From Nitrospirota bacterium (GTDB lineage: Bacteria > Nitrospirota > Thermodesulfovibrionia > Thermodesulfovibrionales > Dissulfurispiraceae), in NCBI GenBank assembly GCA_963790025.1, contig CAWBMP010000004.1, forward strand, positions 576,001-640,000: 64,000 nt of DNA, given 5' to 3'. The notes under the pieces were generated by a model, which saw only the letters and a list, made by a program, of their open reading frames with translations, was not told the origin of the DNA and made no database searches. This document shows, piece after piece, positions 47,993 to 56,907 of this stretch; the stretch's first letter is position 1; every line of letters begins with the position of its first letter. The position numbers and the translations under genes were made by a program.

Positions 47993-50902
47993 TCATTCCA
48001 GGCCCACCTGCAAGATTTTCCCGACAGCTTTCAAAACTTCCTCAATGCTTATTTTCTCCATGCAAAGATTATTATATTTGACGCACTCTTCCAGCATACA
48101 CCCTGCACATTCTGTTTCATGCCGCAAAACTATATGATTGTCACCGTACGGTTCCCATTTCCCCGGATAGTCTCTGGCGCTGAAAAGAGCCACGCATGGT
48201 TTGCCGACCATAGCAGCAAGGTGCATAGTGCCCGTATCGTTTCCAACATAAGCTCGACATCTTTCCAGCACCGCAGCCGATCCATAAATAGAAAGCTTTC
48301 CGGCAAGATTGCGAGATCTGGTTCCCCATCTTTGAGAAAGATAATCCCCTATCTTCTTATCCTCGTTCCCTCCGAGAATAAGGATTTCCAAATCAGGAAA
48401 AGTCTTTAGCAAACGATCACCCAGCTCAGCAAATCTCTCCTGAGACCATCTCTTGGCAGGCATCTTGGAGCCCGGCCCTATGGCTATTAACTCCGGGCAC
48501 GAGTTGATTCCTTCAGCATTCATAATCACCTGTGCCTGTGCTCTTTCCTTCTCCGGAATATTGAGTTCGAATTTGAAACCATTATCATTTTCTCCCATAA
48601 CGCTTAGAAGCCTCAACCACTCAGGTTCCAAGCGCGGCAATGTACCATCCGCATTTCTTTTCGGCGTTACATATCGTTCAGGCCCATAATATTGGGCAAT
48701 TCCAGCCAGGTGCCGGAAAAAAAATCTGTTTCGTTTATGCATCCAGGCCGTGCCACTGGAAACAAGCGAGAAAACATATGCCGGAGCTATTTTTTTCAAC
48801 TCCATTGCCAGACAAGCGATATTTCCGAATGTCTTATGTCGTTGATCAGCAGGCGAGTAAAACAACACGTCATCAAACCAGCCGGTCGGTCCCAGAACAT
48901 TCCATGAACTGATATAACTGCTTTTTTCAGGATGTCTGTTGGTAAGTAAAACCATACGGTAATCAGGATATTTTTTTCTGATAGCATCGATTGCAGGCAT
49001 TGCAACCAACGTATCACCAAGCTGCCCTATTCTAAAAATCAAGATTGTTGGGACCAGCCGCGATAAACTTTGCCCCTTTATTTTGTTCTGTCCTGCCGGG
49101 ACAGTAAGTTCTTTCCCTTCTCTTTGATAAACGATTTTCGCCCATTCCTTTAATCCCCTCTCTCCCGTTTTTCTGCCACCATCCATAAGCCACTGTCTCA
49201 CAGGCACAGAAAAACCTGTTTTCCCCCGATTAACGACCTCTTGGGGCAGCGGTTCCTTCGGTGTCCCGGCCATGTCTCTCTTACCAGGGTTACTACTCAT
49301 TTTAAGCAACGGGGCAATGGTCTGCAGCAATGTGGTGTCTACCATCGGCACACGAACTTCAAGCGAGTGGGCCATACTTGCCCAGTCTGTATCTCGCAAA
49401 AGCTGATTGCGCATATACCAGCATATTTCGAGGGCAGAGACCTTAAGATAATTACTGTTAATCCCTTTGATATTCTCTTCCAGCCTGATCAGGGTTTGAA
49501 GTTCCCTCCATCCTTCCCGTACCATGTCCCCATCAAGGAGTGCCGGCAGTTCCCAGGGCATGTACATGCCCCGTCTGAGCATATATGATCCGCTGTACGT
49601 GCAGCCATATTCAAGAAGCCCGGCATATTTTGAAGAGGTAAACTGTTTAAGCAGGCCGGCTGAAACAATTCGAAAAGTCTTTCCAAAAAACGGCACATTC
49701 CTGAAAGGTCCAAATATTTTTACCATAGCCGGTATCTGCTCAAAACTCGCATAACTTCCAAATAACTCATCGCCGCCAAGCCCTGACATAGCAACCTTCA
49801 ACCCTGCCTCTGCTGCAGCCTTGCTGATGAAATAGCTGTTTACACCATCGACAGTCGGCTGGTCCATGGCGTTTAAAAGGGGACCGGTCTCAGCCTTAAA
49901 GTCTTCCTTCGATACCCAGATCGTCTGATGCGAAGTATGATAGAAATCTGCAACTAATGTCGCCAGGGCAGCTTCATCGTCATGTGTATCGATATATTCC
50001 CTGAACCCTAATGTGACCGTATTCAGTCTGCTTTTTGCAAGTTCTGAGGATAGGGCTACAAGAGTACCCGAATCAAGGCCTGCCGACAAGAAAACTCCAA
50101 CAGGAACGTCAGCTATAAGATGATGCCTGACCGTATCGAGAAGGGCTTCGCGCAGCTTCTCATGCATTTCTTTTGCATTGCATTGAAATGGCGAATGATC
50201 GGCTTTTGCAAAGATAGCTGGAATACTGAAAAAATTCTTTAAGGTTTGTTCACCTTTTTCATCGACACGCAGATATGTGCCGGCAGGTAAAGAACGGATG
50301 CCCTTATACATTGTATATGGCTCGGGAACGTGCCCCCAAAGAAAGAAACCCACATGCCCGGCAGGATCGGGGCTGATGTCTATTTGCCCTCCGGCGAGCA
50401 GGGCCTTGACCTGTGAAGCCGCTCGGAAAGTCCTTCCATCATCCGCATAATAAAGCGGTTTAATGCCAAAAGGGTCACGGGCAAGAAAAAGCTCCTTTCT
50501 CCGTGCGTCCCAGATAACGAAGGCATACATGCCTCGCAGGTCATGGACCATGTCGGGACCTTTTTCAGCATAGAGATGCAGAAGCACTTCTGTATCACAT
50601 GCAGATTTGAAACTGTATCCTTTTGCTTCAAGCTGAGCGCGTAAAGGTTGATAGTTATAGATCTCGCCATTGAATGTTATGACAAAACTTCCATCGGCAT
50701 TCTGCATGGGCTGGGCGCCTCTCTCTGAAAGATCAATTATGGCAAGCCGCCTATGTCCCAACCCCACACGATTATTGTATGCATACCACTCCCCTGCACC
50801 GTCGGGACCACGTGAGAGCATATGATCCCTGATATTCAGGAGTTCGGTACGATCAACGCCGGAATGGTTGTTATAAGCAAATATCGAAACTATTCCGCAC
50901 AT
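47993..50902 (-). CDS. Fusion of an AsnB-family amidotransferase and a GT9 (heptosyltransferase-like) domain
   Basis: MCGIV start at 50902, RGPDG, LSAGLDS, LEVRVP. Then, with no stop, ILIFRIGQLGD, GPGSKMPAKRW, VGNDTGTMHLAA. Confidence 0.85.
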   Translation of the reverse strand: MCGIVSIFAYNNHSGVDRTELLNIRDHMLSRGPDGAGEWYAYNNRVGLGHRRLAIIDLSERGAQPMQNADGSFVITFNGEIYNYQPLRAQLEAKGYSFKSACDTEVLLHLYAEKGPDMVHDLRGMYAFVIWDARRKELFLARDPFGIKPLYYADDGRTFRAASQVKALLAGGQIDISPDPAGHVGFFLWGHVPEPYTMYKGIRSLPAGTYLRVDEKGEQTLKNFFSIPAIFAKADHSPFQCNAKEMHEKLREALLDTVRHHLIADVPVGVFLSAGLDSGTLVALSSELAKSRLNTVTLGFREYIDTHDDEAALATLVADFYHTSHQTIWVSKEDFKAETGPLLNAMDQPTVDGVNSYFISKAAAEAGLKVAMSGLGGDELFGSYASFEQIPAMVKIFGPFRNVPFFGKTFRIVSAGLLKQFTSSKYAGLLEYGCTYSGSYMLRRGMYMPWELPALLDGDMVREGWRELQTLIRLEENIKGINSNYLKVSALEICWYMRNQLLRDTDWASMAHSLEVRVPMVDTTLLQTIAPLLKMSSNPGKRDMAGTPKEPLPQEVVNRGKTGFSVPVRQWLMDGGRKTGERGLKEWAKIVYQREGKELTVPAGQNKIKGQSLSRLVPTILIFRIGQLGDTLVAMPAIDAIRKKYPDYRMVLLTNRHPEKSSYISSWNVLGPTGWFDDVLFYSPADQRHKTFGNIACLAMELKKIAPAYVFSLVSSGTAWMHKRNRFFFRHLAGIAQYYGPERYVTPKRNADGTLPRLEPEWLRLLSVMGENDNGFKFELNIPEKERAQAQVIMNAEGINSCPELIAIGPGSKMPAKRWSQERFAELGDRLLKTFPDLEILILGGNEDKKIGDYLSQRWGTRSRNLAGKLSIYGSAAVLERCRAYVGNDTGTMHLAAMVGKPCVALFSARDYPGKWEPYGDNHIVLRHETECAGCMLEECVKYNNLCMEKISIEEVLKAVGKILQVGLE

Positions 50903-50982
50903 AATAAAAGAGGAAAATGCCGGTGCTGCCAGAGGGCAGCAATAACCTGTGACCAAAAGCCACCCGAAATTTGTCGCAAGTG

Positions 50983-53586
50983 TTAATTGCCATCACACCT
51001 GTAATAAAATACCGGATTTGTTGTTGCGACAAAAGCAAATGTCACTGATGAGTTTGAAATCGATGAAACATTAGGGGGAGAGGACATGCTCTGTCCCGGA
51101 GTAATTTGGCATCCCCATATATTGTTCCATCCTTTGCTGAAGTGCAGGGTACATGCAGTAAGAGAAGAACCGTTGATATTAATACTCCCTGCCTGATCTG
51201 TGCCGGTGGCATTAGGATTGTTGCCGCACCTTGATGTAGTGGGTGCAGTAGCCTGACGGGCGGATAGAATTTCAAACGGGACCCATGTGCCAGGTGTTCC
51301 TGCCGCTATGCAAACCCATCCGATCGGCTTGCCGAGAGAGGGAGAAGTGTTCCATACGATATCGCCCCGCATCCACGCGCCAGTCGCTGGAGCGGTAGAC
51401 CCAAAAGCAGCCTGTCTGCCGAATGTTTTAAAAGTGGGCTTATTCGCTATGATTGAAGCGCCGGCAACCGTCGTTCCAGCGGCAGTGTTCAGATAAAGAG
51501 TATTTGTACTGCCGTCAATAAATTCAATACGGGCCCGCATATTGCGGCCACCATTACCTGCACCTGTTATTTCAATGCCCATGTAAGGCCAAAACTGCGA
51601 AACGTCCGAAACTGTAAGCAATGTACTCCCGCTTGTAATGCTACCGGTTGCAGTGATTGCTGTATTCCAAAGCTCGGCATTATTACCATCGTCAGTCATC
51701 TGTTTCCATCCAATGTAGTTTAAAGACCCATTGCCTGTAGCTTGAACGAATTCCCCTGCCACACCCTGCGTCGGCATTGAATTATTATGCAAGACGCGAT
51801 TTATGCGTTGCGGAGCTACTGTAGGTTGCAAGCCGACATATCTGTCCAGCATAAAGTGGCCCCGGTCCGGCGAATTGTTTGGCGAACCCCATGCCAAGAC
51901 ATACTTTTCGTTCATCCTTTCCAGCGAATAACCAGCCGGGTAATATCCGGATGGACCAATAAATATAGGCTCCCATGACCATATATTATCTCTTGATCTT
52001 ATTGTGTAGGCACCTGCTCCGCTTTGAATTTTAGGATATACCTTTGAGACCATATTTCCGATTAAATCAACGGGACTATTGGCATAGATCAAAGGGATGA
52101 GTTTATTGTATGGGATATTCGACCCAGCGGCCATATTGAAATAGATGCCCTGTATCGTTGTTTTAACTACACCCTGTTGATACAACAAAATCGGGTCGTA
52201 CCAGTTTCCATCTCCCATTGGTCCTGTTTCAATATGTGCGCCCATAATGTCTGCTCCGTGAGTAACCCAATACGCAATGCTCGGCCAGCCGTATACAACA
52301 TTAGCGCCGGCAGTCACCCCTCCTGTGTAGCCATTGAGAGTCGCTGTATTAGCTGAAAAAGAAGATACCGTATTGAGAACATTCATAAAAGGAGGTGTCG
52401 TAAAATTAAATGGATAGGAATTTCCCTGAATGAAAATAAACATCCCGTTCTGCAGATGAGAGCCGTCAGCGAAAGTGACATTATTACCGCTGACTGATGA
52501 AACCGTAGTTGACCAAATACTTTCCGTATTAGTTTGCACATAAGAAGGAAGGATGCTTCCGCCGAAAACATTGTATGAAGGCCCATCTGATCTGATAGCA
52601 ACTCTGGCAGCTATACTGCAACTGATAATATCATTGATATAATTCTGAGATTTGGAAAACCAGATTCCGGTGTAAACGCCGTTTGTAAACACTCTTGTGA
52701 ATCTGTTTACGTCACCATTGCCGTCCGCATCATATCCAACTTTAATTCCTGTTTCAAATCCGTTAATAAGAACATCCTGCACATAAAAACCGGAATTGCC
52801 GCCCCGCGCCCCTATCCCGATCGAACCGGCGGCAGTCCTTGCCGGCCCGTGAATGGTAAGATTTTTTATAGTGACGGCCCTGCCTTGACCGGTAGTAATC
52901 GCAATTGTGGCTCCCCTGTAGTATAGTTCTGTTCCACGGGTAGAGGTGGACGATGAATTATAACTGCCCCAATTCATAGCTGGCATTGCCCCCGACAGGG
53001 AACTCGGCCAGGGGAAAGTGTCCGGTCCCATCATATTTAGAGTAATGCCGGAATTATATCGCCCTTCTGGAAGGAAGACCTCTAAGCCCGCGCCGAGAGC
53101 CGCTGTTATGGCTGCCTGGATTGCAGGGCCGCTATCATGTCCTTCAGTAAAGTTTATGTCATCTCCCTTTGCTCCGAACCAGCATGCATAAACCTTATCC
53201 ACTGCCCCGCGGCCAAAAGTAACGTCCCCGGGCTTGAATCCACTGAAAATCTGCTGATTCGGCAATCCCTCGATAAGACCATTAATGGTTACAGTGCCGT
53301 TTCCGCTCTTTGTTAAAACTGCGCCTTGGAATATTCTCAATTTAATATTTGCCGGGATCGTAAGAGCAGATGAAATAGTCCACGCCCCCGGAGCAAGCAC
53401 TATGGTTGCGAAATCGCGCCCTTTCTTTTTAATGATGTTCTGGATGGTGGCAGAATTAAACTCGCCTAAAGAGGCCGCATTTATTTCTGAAGTATTATAA
53501 TTTTTATCATCAAGTACTTCAGAAAATCCGCTACCGCAAAAAAATAAATAAACGAACAGTGTAAGTATTATTTTGAACATTTGCAT
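50983..53586 (-). CDS. Secreted right-handed beta-helix (pectate-lyase-3/tailspike-like) protein
   Basis: Signal peptide, WFGAKGD...AIQAAI...VFLPEGRY, G/N/T/S-rich beta repeats, C-terminal W.RGDIVWN..P..G.PIGWVC..AGTPGTW module. Confidence 0.7.
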   Translation of the reverse strand: MQMFKIILTLFVYLFFCGSGFSEVLDDKNYNTSEINAASLGEFNSATIQNIIKKKGRDFATIVLAPGAWTISSALTIPANIKLRIFQGAVLTKSGNGTVTINGLIEGLPNQQIFSGFKPGDVTFGRGAVDKVYACWFGAKGDDINFTEGHDSGPAIQAAITAALGAGLEVFLPEGRYNSGITLNMMGPDTFPWPSSLSGAMPAMNWGSYNSSSTSTRGTELYYRGATIAITTGQGRAVTIKNLTIHGPARTAAGSIGIGARGGNSGFYVQDVLINGFETGIKVGYDADGNGDVNRFTRVFTNGVYTGIWFSKSQNYINDIISCSIAARVAIRSDGPSYNVFGGSILPSYVQTNTESIWSTTVSSVSGNNVTFADGSHLQNGMFIFIQGNSYPFNFTTPPFMNVLNTVSSFSANTATLNGYTGGVTAGANVVYGWPSIAYWVTHGADIMGAHIETGPMGDGNWYDPILLYQQGVVKTTIQGIYFNMAAGSNIPYNKLIPLIYANSPVDLIGNMVSKVYPKIQSGAGAYTIRSRDNIWSWEPIFIGPSGYYPAGYSLERMNEKYVLAWGSPNNSPDRGHFMLDRYVGLQPTVAPQRINRVLHNNSMPTQGVAGEFVQATGNGSLNYIGWKQMTDDGNNAELWNTAITATGSITSGSTLLTVSDVSQFWPYMGIEITGAGNGGRNMRARIEFIDGSTNTLYLNTAAGTTVAGASIIANKPTFKTFGRQAAFGSTAPATGAWMRGDIVWNTSPSLGKPIGWVCIAAGTPGTWVPFEILSARQATAPTTSRCGNNPNATGTDQAGSININGSSLTACTLHFSKGWNNIWGCQITPGQSMSSPPNVSSISNSSVTFAFVATTNPVFYYRCDGN

Positions 53587-53630
53587 TTTAACAGTCCCGA
53601 TTAATGATTAACAGGTACACATACCATTTA

Positions 53631-53834
53631 TTATCGCTTATGAACTAACAGGTTGGAGTCAACGAGGGTCACTGATGCATTATCGGTAACAATGAGCAAA
53701 TCCAGGTCCGCACCGGTTCCTTCTCTGGCAACAGAGCCGAATAACACAATGGCCGCAGGATCCATCGCCTTTATGATCGATCTTGCCACCTCTTTCGCAT
53801 CCGTATATGTGGCCTTAAAACTTGTGCTGTTCAT
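53631..53834 (-). pseudogene. Truncated minimal nucleotidyltransferase (MNT) remnant, 67 aa
   Basis: IVLFGSVAREGTGADLDLLIV. Ends before the third Asp strand and has no partner gene. Confidence 0.65.
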
Positions 53835-54253
53835 TTCGAATTTAATTTTTCCTGTATTTTCTTCAGGAAACTTTCAATGTCCTTTCTTCCTTTTTGCAGA
53901 ACATTATAAACGACTTTATAATCTATCTTTTCATAATCATGCGCTATGATATTTCGGAAGCCTACCATTTTGACAAGTTCACCTGTCAGCTTTGCCGGAA
54001 TGATCCGCTCCTCATTCAAAATATCGAATGCTTCGCTCATTGTGGTGGGTTTCCGAAAACCTTTATATGATATCACTGCCTCCGCCAGATCAATAGTCGC
54101 TTGGACTGCGAGATAAAGATAACGCTCAACAGCTCCTTTAATGTCTATATTGCTTTCTATTTCTTCTTTTTTATAGCCGTTATATCGTTGGAGTATCTTG
54201 ATATATTTCTTTGCGGAACTTATCTTGTTTTCAATTACTTTTATACTGCTCAT
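53831..54253 (-). CDS. hepT: HepT-like HEPN (DUF86) RNase toxin, motif intact
   Basis: AVERYL, GFRNIIAHDY (R-X4-H-X-Y). Confidence 0.9.
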   Translation of the reverse strand: MSSIKVIENKISSAKKYIKILQRYNGYKKEEIESNIDIKGAVERYLYLAVQATIDLAEAVISYKGFRKPTTMSEAFDILNEERIIPAKLTGELVKMVGFRNIIAHDYEKIDYKVVYNVLQKGRKDIESFLKKIQEKLNSK

Positions 54254-54648
54254 ACCGGGGCCTTCGTTAAATTATGCCTTGACATCATTTTATGAAAATC
54301 AAAATACTCATTAAGAATTCCGGGTTCGACAATCACCTTGAAAGGCCCCTTCTCATAAATCAAGCGGCCTTCTTTGACAATCATGTATTTAAGATCGGGA
54401 TTGTCGGTTAAATTTAGAATAACTACATCTATGCTGTCAGTTTTCAGTAATCTGCTGATTTTGACAATCATATCGATTTTAATTTCGTGCATCCTCTCCT
54501 TATTCCTGGAGTCAAGGTAAAAAGCAAAATCGTAGTCGCTCAGTTTTCCATGTTCCTGCTTCGATCTCGATCCGAAAAAATATACAAGCTTTATCTCCGG
54601 ACAGGTCCTGAAAATCGTCCTCATTTTTCCTGTTTCTCTTTGAGTCAT
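54250..54648 (-). CDS. mntA: MntA-like adenylyltransferase antitoxin (type VII TA)
   Basis: YFFGSRSKQEHGKLSDYDFA (GS-X10-DXD), IDVVILN, EGRLIY. Overlaps the hepT start. Confidence 0.9.
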   Translation of the reverse strand: MTQRETGKMRTIFRTCPEIKLVYFFGSRSKQEHGKLSDYDFAFYLDSRNKERMHEIKIDMIVKISRLLKTDSIDVVILNLTDNPDLKYMIVKEGRLIYEKGPFKVIVEPGILNEYFDFHKMMSRHNLTKAPV

Positions 54649-54689
54649 AGTGTGACGCTGATCCTAAAGCTTTTTTGCTCGCTGCCGGT

Positions 54690-54902
54690 TCATGTCATTA
54701 CGAGAAATATTATATAGCCTAAAACTAAAGCCGCACCAATCAGTAGCACAACATGGTAAAATCTCTCTACTCCATATACCTCTTTTAGTGTCATCTTCAA
54801 CCCTTCTATGAATTGCTTTCTCTCTTCGCCCGTACGGAGGCTTACAGCTGAGAGGTCAGAAACAATTGTCCTGATCTTATGGATCTTATCTCTTATATTC
54901 AT
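54690..54902 (-). CDS. Hypothetical 70-aa protein with a C-terminal TM helix
   Basis: ORF only, co-oriented within the TA array. Confidence 0.4.
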   Translation of the reverse strand: MNIRDKIHKIRTIVSDLSAVSLRTGEERKQFIEGLKMTLKEVYGVERFYHVVLLIGAALVLGYIIFLVMT

Positions 54903-54945
54903 AATTAAGGATTAAGGGATAAGGATTACGTCTTGACATATATCA

Positions 54946-55296
54946 CTATTTCTTGAGTGGTAAAAATATTACTTGATTTTTTATTTCTTCAGTATCTCCA
55001 AGTTTTGAAACAACTTCGAGATCATTAACACACGTACCTATTGGAACCTTTAAGTGATGAGCATAGATTACCCCGTAAAATGCCTCGCCAGAATGCTGCC
55101 GTTTCGCGGCTTCAAATAGTAGGTCATCATCGTGTGTAAATATCGCTCTCTTTATTTGAAGAGCCCTGTCTAATATTTCGGGGTCGGATTTGCCGGAGAA
55201 ATTGTCTTCTTGAACTGTCAATACATCAATCCCGCGCAACTTCAAACCCACGGTGATTGCTTTCGGGATGTGCTCATCCATATATAGGGAGATCAA
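54946..55296 (-). CDS. DUF5615 PIN-like toxin
   Basis: LYMDEHIP, GIDVLTVQED, DPEIL, IFTHDDD. Confidence 0.85.
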   Translation of the reverse strand: MISLYMDEHIPKAITVGLKLRGIDVLTVQEDNFSGKSDPEILDRALQIKRAIFTHDDDLLFEAAKRQHSGEAFYGVIYAHHLKVPIGTCVNDLEVVSKLGDTEEIKNQVIFLPLKK

Positions 55297-55611
55297 TTAG
55301 ATCAATCCATTCAATTTTAATCTTTCAATTAAAGGAGATATCCCTATTTCTTTTTCAAGTCGGATACCCTCTTCCAAACGGTTTTCGATATCCTTTTCGA
55401 GTTCAGCCTGATGGTCAGAATAATAGGCGAGAGCAGAGTATATTTGTCCAAGGCCAAGATATGGATGTTGAAAATGAAGTTCTTCTGCACTCCATCCATG
55501 GGCCAACCTCTCAACAACGAGTTCGATTACTTTCATTGTTGTTCCCGTAATAACCGGGGTGCCTTTTTCATCTAATGTTATATGCCCATAAGGTGTCTGC
55601 ACAGATGGCAT
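55297..55611 (-). CDS. DUF433 antitoxin
   Basis: GTPVITGT, GWSAEELHFQHPYL..QIYSALAYY. Confidence 0.9.
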   Translation of the reverse strand: MPSVQTPYGHITLDEKGTPVITGTTMKVIELVVERLAHGWSAEELHFQHPYLGLGQIYSALAYYSDHQAELEKDIENRLEEGIRLEKEIGISPLIERLKLNGLI

Positions 55612-55729
55612 AATAGTTAACTCCTCTTTTCTTTGTCACAATGATAACATGTATGCAAAATAACCTCTAACCCAAGAGTTAAACCAGGATCAAGGATTAT
55701 AGTTTTTTGCATAGTGTCCCCAAGCCCGG

Positions 55730-55819
55730 CTAATATAATCCTATTATATCAAAAATATTATCATCTAAAGGTAATTTTTCAAAGTTATCTATCAATCTGT
55801 CCAATGTTGTACTGCTCAT
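55730..55819 (-). pseudogene. 29-codon ORF (MSSTTLDRLIDNFEKLPLDDNIFDIIGLY), probably a truncated antitoxin-like gene start
   Basis: Hand-translated. GAGAGG/GGAG RBS. N-terminus resembles small antitoxins by eye only. Confidence 0.35.
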
Positions 55820-55905
55820 GCTCCAGCCTCTCTTATTCTTGCGGACACATTAATGCTTATTACAAAATTAATAATCTAAACTAGTCGCGCAGTTCCTCGC
55901 TATCT

Positions 55906-56340
55906 TTAGGCCCCCGGCTCATTGCTGTGGACAAGCTCCAATATGTGATTTGTATAAACAATCAGGTCATCAAGATGATTTTCAATCACATCCCTCATGA
56001 TTTTTATATCAATTTCTTGATACTCATTGACTATGATATTGCGGAACCCGACCATTCTTTGCAATCTGTCCGCGAGATAATCGGAGATAATCTTTGCTTT
56101 AGCCAGTATGTCAAAACTTTCCATGCTTTCCTTCGGCAGTCCGAGTTTTCTTTTTCTGATAACATGATTAGCCAGATCGATTGCCTGTTCCGCTGCCCGC
56201 TGAAGGTTGATGGCTATGGCGTCCTGCTTGAGGTGGTCCTCCTCAAAAGAAAGCTCTGACGGTGTTGCATAGTATAGGCGGATTTGCTTTATGCATCGCT
56301 CAATGCTCTCTTTTTTATTCAGGATAACATCCATTGTCAT
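55906..56340 (-). CDS. hepT: HepT-like HEPN (DUF86) protein with catalytic His replaced by Asn
   Basis: ILNKKESIERC, QDAIAINLQRA, GFRNIIVNEY. Confidence 0.88.
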   Translation of the reverse strand: MTMDVILNKKESIERCIKQIRLYYATPSELSFEEDHLKQDAIAINLQRAAEQAIDLANHVIRKRKLGLPKESMESFDILAKAKIISDYLADRLQRMVGFRNIIVNEYQEIDIKIMRDVIENHLDDLIVYTNHILELVHSNEPGA

Positions 56341-56744
56341 CGCAATATTCTTCCTGTTGACAATATATCTTCCAAAATGTCCGCTCTCTCTTCGTTGAGC
56401 TTCTGATAAGAAGTCATGATATACATTTCAAAATTATCGACAGCATAGTCGTTTTGTTTATAGATAAGTCTGCCTTCCTGCATGATTTCGTGCTGAAAAA
56501 CAGTATTCATCATCCTTATGTTGATAAGGTCCACGGTCTTCTTCAACATTTTTTCAAGCGCATACCGGCATTCGCTCACACCGGAATATCTCAATAGCTT
56601 GGCCTTGTCAGGAGAAAAGAGAAGGGCAATATCCACATCACTTTCTTCGCTTTCATTAGATGTCAGATATGAGCCAAAGAGGTATATCGCCTCAACTTCA
56701 GGATAAAAACTAAGTACTTTTTTTATTATCGCTTTGCTGCCCAT
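56337..56744 (-). CDS. mntA: MntA-like adenylyltransferase antitoxin
   Basis: YLFGSYLTSNESEESDVDIA, VDLINI, YQKLNEERADIL. Confidence 0.9.
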   Translation of the reverse strand: MGSKAIIKKVLSFYPEVEAIYLFGSYLTSNESEESDVDIALLFSPDKAKLLRYSGVSECRYALEKMLKKTVDLINIRMMNTVFQHEIMQEGRLIYKQNDYAVDNFEMYIMTSYQKLNEERADILEDILSTGRILR

Positions 56745-56764
56745 GAACTTACATTATACCCGTG

Positions 56765-56795
56765 CTATATTGCTTTCTATTTCTTCCTTTTTATA
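56765..56795. repeat. 31-bp near-identical copy (30/31) of hepT coding sequence 54145-54175
   Basis: CTATATTGCTTTCTATTTCTTC(C/T)TTTTTATA occurs at both sites in direct orientation, 2620 bp apart. Confidence 0.9.
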
Positions 56796-56832
56796 TCCTT
56801 CCATTGTCCCCAATTCTTCAGGTCACTTCGGA

Positions 56833-56857
56833 CACGCTACCGCCATTAAGCTACCAA
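56833..56857 (-). promoter_or_regulatory. JUMPStart/ops element (RfaH/NusG-paralogue loading site)
   Basis: Minus strand TTGGTAGCTTAATGGCGGTAGCGTG: exact GGCGGTAGCGTG ops plus the upstream GGTAGC repeat characteristic of JUMPStart. Confidence 0.85.
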
Positions 56858-56878
56858 ATCTGATAGTCTTCACGCGAA

Positions 56879-56907
56879 AAAATACAGGTTTTCCAATGCA
56901 TAGTCAA
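56879..56907 (-). promoter_or_regulatory. Sigma70-like promoter for the TA/EPS operon
   Basis: TTGACT-N17-TATTTT immediately upstream of the JUMPStart. Confidence 0.55.

Noticed and set aside
53528..53538. GCGGTAGC ops-like core inside the beta-helix gene, and CGGTAG near 25668-25673
   Set aside because: Both lack the full GGCGGTAGnnTG and the upstream GGTAGC repeat; the first is explained by codons for C-G-S.
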